From the NCBI RefSeq assembly GCF_019801175.1, contig NZ_JAHVJR010000001.1:2944580-3008579 (forward strand): a stretch of DNA of 64,000 nt, read 5' to 3'. Below are positions 58,479-64,000 of this stretch, piece after piece; position 1 is the first letter of the stretch, and every line of letters starts with the position of its first letter. Under the pieces are notes generated by a model, which worked only from the letters and a program-made list of their open reading frames with translations, made no database searches and was not told the DNA's origin. A program made the translations under genes and the position numbers. Origin of the DNA: Vannielia litorea (GTDB lineage Bacteria; Pseudomonadota; Alphaproteobacteria; Rhodobacterales; Rhodobacteraceae).

Positions 58479-59656
58479 CAGGTGTAGCCGTAGGAGCCGT
58501 CAGGCCGCACGGGCAACTTGCGCTCCCAATGAATGTAACGGTCGGTCGCGAGAAACTCCTCGTCGATCTCCACACCCCAGCCGGGCCGGTCGGGGCGCAG
58601 CTCCAGATGGCCGTCCACCGGCATGTAGGGGTCTTTCACATAGCCCGCCGCCTCATCGGTTTTCACCATGTCGCGGGTCAGAAAGGCCGAGGTGCCCGGC
58701 AGCCGGTATTCGAGGATTTTGAAGTTGGGCTGCGCGGCGCAGAAATGCACGTTCACCGCCGTCGCCAGCGGCCCCATCGGGTTGTGCGGCGCAACGTTCA
58801 CGTAATGCGCCTCGGCAATCGCCGCGATCTTGCGCATCTCCAGCAGCCCGCCCACGGCGCAGATATCGGGCTGGATGATGTCCGCCCCCTTCACCGCCAG
58901 CAGACGGTTGAACTCGAAGCGCGAATACAGGCTCTCCCCGGTCGCCAGCGGCACCTTCAGCTGCCGCTTCAGATCGCCCCAAGCCTCGATGTTCTCCATC
59001 CGCATCGGCTCTTCGTAAAAGAGCGGGCGGAAGGCAGCGAGCGCATTGCCCATTTCCACCGCCTGATAGGGCTCGAAGAGGCGGGCGTGGGCATCAAAGG
59101 CAAATTCCGCATCCGGGCAAAGCTCACGCAGCTCGGCCACCCATTCCTCGGTTTGGCCAACCACCCTGTGCCACGGCTCGGCATGAATATCGCAACGATA
59201 GGGCGAAAGCTTGAAGGCATTGAGACCCCACGCCTCCCGGTGCTCCGCCACATGGTCGGCCACCTCCGCCGCATCGGGCGCCGAGTAGACGCCCTGATAC
59301 ACCCGCACCCGGTCACGCACATGCCCGCCAAGCAGCTTGTAAACCGGAACGCCCAGCGCCTTCGCCGAAATGTCCCAAAGCGCATGGTCGATCCCGGCAA
59401 TAGCCGCTAGGCCAAGCGCGCCGGGCGGAAAGCGGCTCTGCTGGAGCAGCTTCAAGATCAGCCGCTCGATCCGCGTCGGGTCTTCGCCTTCGATCTGGAG
59501 GTAGAGGTAATCAAGCAGCGGCGGCAGCGCGCGGTCCGGCCCGTGGTTGTAGCACTCGCCCCAGCCGGTGATCCCCTCGTCGGTATCGACCGCCACAATC
59601 ACGCGCGGGCGGTTGCCGTCGCGCGACATGAAGCTTCTCAAGCCAGTGATCTTCAT
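58478..59656 (-). CDS. Enolase-superfamily MR/MLE-type enzyme (acid-sugar lactone cycloisomerase / dehydratase)
   Basis: MKITGL capping domain. Barrel metal ligands (FDAHARL..., YEEP, QPDI) and KxK motif (FKLSPYR). Confidence 0.85.
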   Translation of the reverse strand: MKITGLRSFMSRDGNRPRVIVAVDTDEGITGWGECYNHGPDRALPPLLDYLYLQIEGEDPTRIERLILKLLQQSRFPPGALGLAAIAGIDHALWDISAKALGVPVYKLLGGHVRDRVRVYQGVYSAPDAAEVADHVAEHREAWGLNAFKLSPYRCDIHAEPWHRVVGQTEEWVAELRELCPDAEFAFDAHARLFEPYQAVEMGNALAAFRPLFYEEPMRMENIEAWGDLKRQLKVPLATGESLYSRFEFNRLLAVKGADIIQPDICAVGGLLEMRKIAAIAEAHYVNVAPHNPMGPLATAVNVHFCAAQPNFKILEYRLPGTSAFLTRDMVKTDEAAGYVKDPYMPVDGHLELRPDRPGWGVEIDEEFLATDRYIHWERKLPVRPDGSYGYT

Positions 59657-60519
59657 CCCGCAAACCTCGCTTGCTCCACGCCCGTCACGCCAAGGCCGGT
59701 GACGGCAAAGAGGTTGCCATCCAGCGCATCCGGCGCGTCGGAACCGATTGAGGTGACATAGAGGATGTCGAGGTTGCGCCCACCGAACATCGGCTTGGTC
59801 GGGCGCTCCACCGGCATGTCGATGATCCGGTCTACCTTGCCCTGCGGCGTGATCCGCACCAACTGCGCGCCGCTGATCCCGGCCATCCAGTAGCAGCCAT
59901 CGGCATCCACCGTGCCGCCATCGGGTCGCCCCGCGACCTCGCGGGTGTCAAAGAAAACCTTCCGGTTCGAGGGCGTGCCGCTTTCGGTATCGTAGTCGCA
60001 AGCCCAGATGGTGCGCACCAGCGGGTTGCTATCGGAGTAGTAGAGCGTTGTGCCGTCGGGGCTGAAGGCAAGGCCGTTGGTGGTGTAGACCTTGTCGAAG
60101 AAGGGCGTTACCGACCCGTCCGTGCCGTAGCGGTAGAACTGCCCCAGCTGCTCCGGGTCGCCGCCGTCTTTCATCGTGCCGGCCCAGAACCGGCCCTGCA
60201 TATCGGTGCCGCCATCGTTGAAGCGGTTGCCGGGCCGGTCGGCCTCGGGGTCCGTGAGGAAGGTCTTTGTTAAGGTTTCCGGGTCATAAAGATAAAAGCC
60301 GGACTTCGCCGCCACGATCAGCCCGCCAGCCTCCCGCCGGGCAACGCACCCGACCGGCTCGCCAAAGTCGAATGCCTCGTCGCTGCCATCCTCCCCGGTG
60401 CGGTGAATCTTTCCGCCAGAGATATCGGCCCACCAAAGCGCCTGGTCGCCCACGTCCCAAACAGGCCCCTCTCCCAGCTGCGCCCGAGCGGGCACGGCCA
60501 CATCAACCGAAACTGTCAT
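59653..60519 (-). CDS. SMP-30/gluconolactonase/LRE-family lactonase
   Basis: LGEGPVWD, NRFNDGGTDMQGRFW and TNGLAFSPDG propeller motifs. Confidence 0.8.
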   Translation of the reverse strand: MTVSVDVAVPARAQLGEGPVWDVGDQALWWADISGGKIHRTGEDGSDEAFDFGEPVGCVARREAGGLIVAAKSGFYLYDPETLTKTFLTDPEADRPGNRFNDGGTDMQGRFWAGTMKDGGDPEQLGQFYRYGTDGSVTPFFDKVYTTNGLAFSPDGTTLYYSDSNPLVRTIWACDYDTESGTPSNRKVFFDTREVAGRPDGGTVDADGCYWMAGISGAQLVRITPQGKVDRIIDMPVERPTKPMFGGRNLDILYVTSIGSDAPDALDGNLFAVTGLGVTGVEQARFAG

Positions 60520-60522
60520 GGA

Positions 60523-61254
60523 TCACTCTCCCTTGAACACCCGCCGCTCGGACGCCTCGATATGCTCGGCCATCGCCGCCCGCGCCGCTGTGGCATCGCC
60601 CGCGGCTATCGCATCAAAGATCCGACGGTGCTCGTTTCCCATTGAGACCTTGCCCTCCCGGTATCCGGTGGAGCCAAGACTGCGCACAAACTTACCGATA
60701 AAAAACATCTGCGTTCGCAGCATGCGCAAAGTATCAAGTATGAACCTGTTGTCAGACAACTCCGCGATCCGCACGTGAAACCGCGCATCCATGTCGATGG
60801 TCGAGGTGCCTTCGCGCACGCTCGCCTCCATGTCTTCCAGCATGGCCTCCAGCGCCGCAACCTCCTCGGGCGTCACCTTCTGTGCCGCCAGACCGGCGCT
60901 CTCGACCTCCAGCATCTTCCGAAAACCGATGTAGGCCGCGATATCATCGATGCTCTGCAAAGGCGCGTATCCGGCACCCGGCTGGTCACCGCCCCCGCTG
61001 ATGAACGACCCGGCCCCCTGCCGCGACACGATCAGCCCATCTTCGCGCAACCGCGCAAGGGCCGCACGAATCACGGGGCGCGATACACCATGCTCTGCCG
61101 AAAGGTCCTTTTCCGCCGGCAGCTTGGCCCCCAGCGTGTAGTGCCCGCTGCGGATTTGCCCGAGCAGGCGCTCGTAGATCTGATTCTCCAGCCGCCGCGC
61201 GTGGGCCGCCTCCCCGCGCGAAGGCACATCTTTCGACACAGTATTCATTAACAC
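60523..61254 (-). CDS. GntR/FadR-family transcriptional regulator
   Basis: HTH (LPAEKDLSAEHGVSRPVIRAALARL) plus FCD C-domain. Heads the downstream acid-sugar operon. Confidence 0.8.
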   Translation of the reverse strand: MLMNTVSKDVPSRGEAAHARRLENQIYERLLGQIRSGHYTLGAKLPAEKDLSAEHGVSRPVIRAALARLREDGLIVSRQGAGSFISGGGDQPGAGYAPLQSIDDIAAYIGFRKMLEVESAGLAAQKVTPEEVAALEAMLEDMEASVREGTSTIDMDARFHVRIAELSDNRFILDTLRMLRTQMFFIGKFVRSLGSTGYREGKVSMGNEHRRIFDAIAAGDATAARAAMAEHIEASERRVFKGE

Positions 61255-61387
61255 GTTCTCCCGCCCGGAGATGTATCACGGGCCTCGAAATTACAACATG
61301 AGATAATTTGTTTGACAAGTTGTCATCGGAAATGCTGACCTTGTGCCGCTGAGACTCGGAAGAGCGAAAGCACAGGGAGGAAAATCC

Positions 61388-63310
61388 ATGACACGAAATT
61401 GGCGATTCTCGTCAGTGGCCGCGCTTGCCGTCGGCGTATTCTTGCATCCGTTCACCGCCCAGGCAGGCGAAGCGCCCGCTCTGGCCGAAGCCGTTGCCGC
61501 AGGCAACCTGCCACCCTTGGAAGAGCGGCTGCCAGCCCAGCCCGAGGTGGTCACGGGGCTGGAGAACATCGGCACCTACGGCGGCAAACTGCGCCGGATG
61601 CTTGGCGGCTCGAACGATCACAACTCCATTCTGCGCATCATCAGCCCGCAGGGCCTGACCCGCTGGAAAGCCGACTTTTCCGGCGTGGTGCCCAACGTGG
61701 CCGAGAGCTGGGAAACTAACGAAGACGGCTCCGAGTTCACCTTCAAGCTCCGCGAGGGCATGAAGTGGTCGGACGGCGAGCCCTTCACCGCCGATGATGT
61801 GGTGTTCTTCGTCAACGACTTGTTGAACAACAAGGAATTCTACCCCAACCCGCCTGCCCGCTTCGTGGTGGCCGGAGAGCCGATGCAGGCCGAGAAGGTG
61901 GATGACCACACCGTCACGCTGAAGTTCGCAGCGCCCTACGGCACCTTCCTGACCGAGCTGGCCACGCCGCTCGCACAGGAGCCGGTGCTCTGGGCCAAGC
62001 ACTACTGCCAGCAGTTCCACCCGGCCTACAACGACGACGTGCAGGCGATGGTGGATGAGACAGAGGCGGTCGAAGACTGGCCCGCGCTCTACCGCCTGAA
62101 GTGCGGCGAGGTCGAGGCCCCCAACCGCTGGTCCAACCCCGAGCGTCCCACGCTCGACCCTTGGGTGGTTACTGGCGAGGGCTATTCCGCCGGTTCCACG
62201 CAGGTGGTCATGGAGCGCAATCCCTACTTCTGGCAGGTCGACGAGGAGGGCAACCAGCTCCCCTATATCGACACGCTGGAGATGGGCGTCGCGCAAGACA
62301 ACGAGGCCCTCGTGCTGGAGGCCATTGCTGGCAACATCGACTTCCAGCGCCGGAAAATCTCGAACCCGGCCAACAAGCCGGTCTTTGCCGAGAACGCCGA
62401 AAAGGGCGGTTTCGAGATCCTCGACATGATCAACTCGAACTCCAACTCGATGGCGATCCACTTCAACCACACGCACAAGAACCCGCAGATGCGCGATTTC
62501 ATCCGCAACAAGGATGTGCGCGTGGCGCTGAGCCTCGGGATCGACCGCGAGGAGATCATCGACATCGTCTATCAGGGCCAGGGCGAGCCCTACCAGATCG
62601 GGCCGCGGCCGACCCATGTGCTCTACAACGAGCAACTGGGCAAGCAGCACACCGAGTATGATCCTGACAAGGCCAACGAACTGCTCGATGCTGCCGGCTA
62701 TGCCGAGATGGACGACGAAGGCTACCGCCTGTTCCCCGATGGCACCCGGATCGTGTTCAACGCGCAGTACACCGGCGTTGAGCAGCCCGATTGGGGCGAC
62801 AGCCTCGAGATCATCAAGGAGCAGTGGGAAGAGATCGGCATCGAGCTGAACTCGACCTCGGTCGAACGGTCGATCTACTACTCGCGCGGTGAAGCCAACG
62901 AGCATGACTTCATGGTCTGGGGCGCACCCGGCGGGCTGGACCCGACCCTCTCTCCGCGCGATGTGCTCGCCGTCCATCCGCAGGCCAGCTGGTTCGGCAT
63001 CCCCTGGACGCGCTGGTATCTTTCCGGCGGCTCGGAAGGTGAAGAGCCGACCGAGAGCATGAAGAAACGCCTCGCGCTCTACGACAGCTTCAAGCAGGAG
63101 GCCGATCAGGAGAAGGCGCTGGATATCTTCCGGCAGATTCACCAGGAGGCCGCCGACGAGATGGAAATCATCGGCATCTCCCTCGCTCCCAACCTCGTGG
63201 GCGTGGTGAACAAGAACCTGATGAACGCGCCGCGCAGCCTTCCCTCGTCGTGGATGTATCCTGACCCGGGCCCGACCCTGCCGCAAACCTGGTACTGGCC
63301 GGAAAGCTGA
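61388..63310 (+). CDS. ABC transporter substrate-binding protein, family 5 (oligopeptide/oligosaccharide type)
   Basis: Signal peptide MTRNWRFSSVAALAVGVFLHPFTAQA. SBP_bac_5 architecture, ~640 aa. Confidence 0.85.
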   Translation: MTRNWRFSSVAALAVGVFLHPFTAQAGEAPALAEAVAAGNLPPLEERLPAQPEVVTGLENIGTYGGKLRRMLGGSNDHNSILRIISPQGLTRWKADFSGVVPNVAESWETNEDGSEFTFKLREGMKWSDGEPFTADDVVFFVNDLLNNKEFYPNPPARFVVAGEPMQAEKVDDHTVTLKFAAPYGTFLTELATPLAQEPVLWAKHYCQQFHPAYNDDVQAMVDETEAVEDWPALYRLKCGEVEAPNRWSNPERPTLDPWVVTGEGYSAGSTQVVMERNPYFWQVDEEGNQLPYIDTLEMGVAQDNEALVLEAIAGNIDFQRRKISNPANKPVFAENAEKGGFEILDMINSNSNSMAIHFNHTHKNPQMRDFIRNKDVRVALSLGIDREEIIDIVYQGQGEPYQIGPRPTHVLYNEQLGKQHTEYDPDKANELLDAAGYAEMDDEGYRLFPDGTRIVFNAQYTGVEQPDWGDSLEIIKEQWEEIGIELNSTSVERSIYYSRGEANEHDFMVWGAPGGLDPTLSPRDVLAVHPQASWFGIPWTRWYLSGGSEGEEPTESMKKRLALYDSFKQEADQEKALDIFRQIHQEAADEMEIIGISLAPNLVGVVNKNLMNAPRSLPSSWMYPDPGPTLPQTWYWPES

Positions 63311-63381
63311 CCCTTCGGGCGGGCCTTCGGGCCCGCCCCCACCGCCCTTCGGCGCAACGACTACCCTGACAGGCAAACCCA

Positions 63382-63999
63382 ATGATCTGGCGTTACATCC
63401 TGAAACGCATCCTCTGGATGGTGCCGTTTCTCTTCGGTGTCTCCATCGTCGCCTTCCTGCTCATCCAGGCGCCGCCGGGAGACTACCTGACGACCTATAT
63501 CGCCAAGCTGGGCGAGAGCAACGAGGTGCTGGACCAGGCCTCAATTGAAAACCTCCGCGCCCGCTTCGGCCTCGACCAGCCACTCTACGTGCAGTATTTC
63601 AAGTGGGTGAGCCGCCTCCTGGTAGGCGACTTCGGGATGAGCTTCGAATGGCGGCAGCCGGTTTCCGATCTTGTCTGGGGCCGCATGGGCCTGACGCTTT
63701 GCCTCTCGATGGCGACCTTGCTCTTCACATGGGCCGTTGCCTTCCCCATCGGCGTCTATTCCGCCGTGCGCAAGTATTCCTTCGGCGACTACCTCGCCAC
63801 CACCATCGGCTTCATCGGCCTCGCCACCCCCAACTTTCTGCTCGCGCTGATCCTCATGTACATCGGCGTCGTCCACTTTGGCGCAGATGTCGGCGGCCTC
63901 TTCTCCAATGAGTACAAGAACGCCCCGTGGAGCTGGGCCAAGGTCTGGGACCTGATGAAACACCTCTGGCTACCGGTCGTCGTGCTGGGCACTTCGGCC
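63382..63999 (+). CDS. ABC transporter permease (DppB/OppB-like), 5' portion; runs off the window end
   Basis: MIWRYILKRILWMVPFLFGVSIVAFLLIQAPPGDYL, a typical OppB N-terminus. No stop before the window end. Confidence 0.8.
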   Translation, partial: MIWRYILKRILWMVPFLFGVSIVAFLLIQAPPGDYLTTYIAKLGESNEVLDQASIENLRARFGLDQPLYVQYFKWVSRLLVGDFGMSFEWRQPVSDLVWGRMGLTLCLSMATLLFTWAVAFPIGVYSAVRKYSFGDYLATTIGFIGLATPNFLLALILMYIGVVHFGADVGGLFSNEYKNAPWSWAKVWDLMKHLWLPVVVLGTSA

Positions 64000-64000
64000 A

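Noticed and set aside
61412-63382. 656-aa minus-strand ORF
   Set aside because: Antisense to the ABC substrate-binding protein gene, which has a signal peptide and a family-5 SBP architecture.

Overview
High-GC (about 65-68%) alphaproteobacterial chromosome segment; gene content and order point to Rhodobacteraceae (roseobacter-like). The first ~23 kb is a flagellar supercluster: a fliF 5' fragment, fliL, motA, flhA, fliR, flhB, fliI, flgB, flgC, fliE, fliQ, flgF, flgG, flgA, flgH and a second fliL. It is interrupted by smc, a catalase and a GbsR/MarR-like regulator. Next come housekeeping genes (a TPP enzyme, a lytic murein transglycosylase, mntP, trpB). An accessory islet follows: two tandem genes for secreted PepSY-like proteins with very long poly-aspartate tails encoded by (GAY)n trinucleotide repeats, a membrane-anchored LuxR-type regulator, and two anomalous tRNA(-like) genes. 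Downstream are an ECF sigma/anti-sigma pair with an SPFH protein, a hybrid histidine kinase, and ~25 kb of acid-sugar catabolism. That region holds a chromosomal class D (OXA-like) beta-lactamase, a RuBisCO-like protein (RLP) operon with a DUF1537 kinase, and a long operon that joins uronate-oxidation-type enzymes to the OtnK/OtnC/OtnI tetronate module, ending in an ABC importer. All calls rest on my reading of the supplied ORF translations and the raw sequence; no database searches were run.
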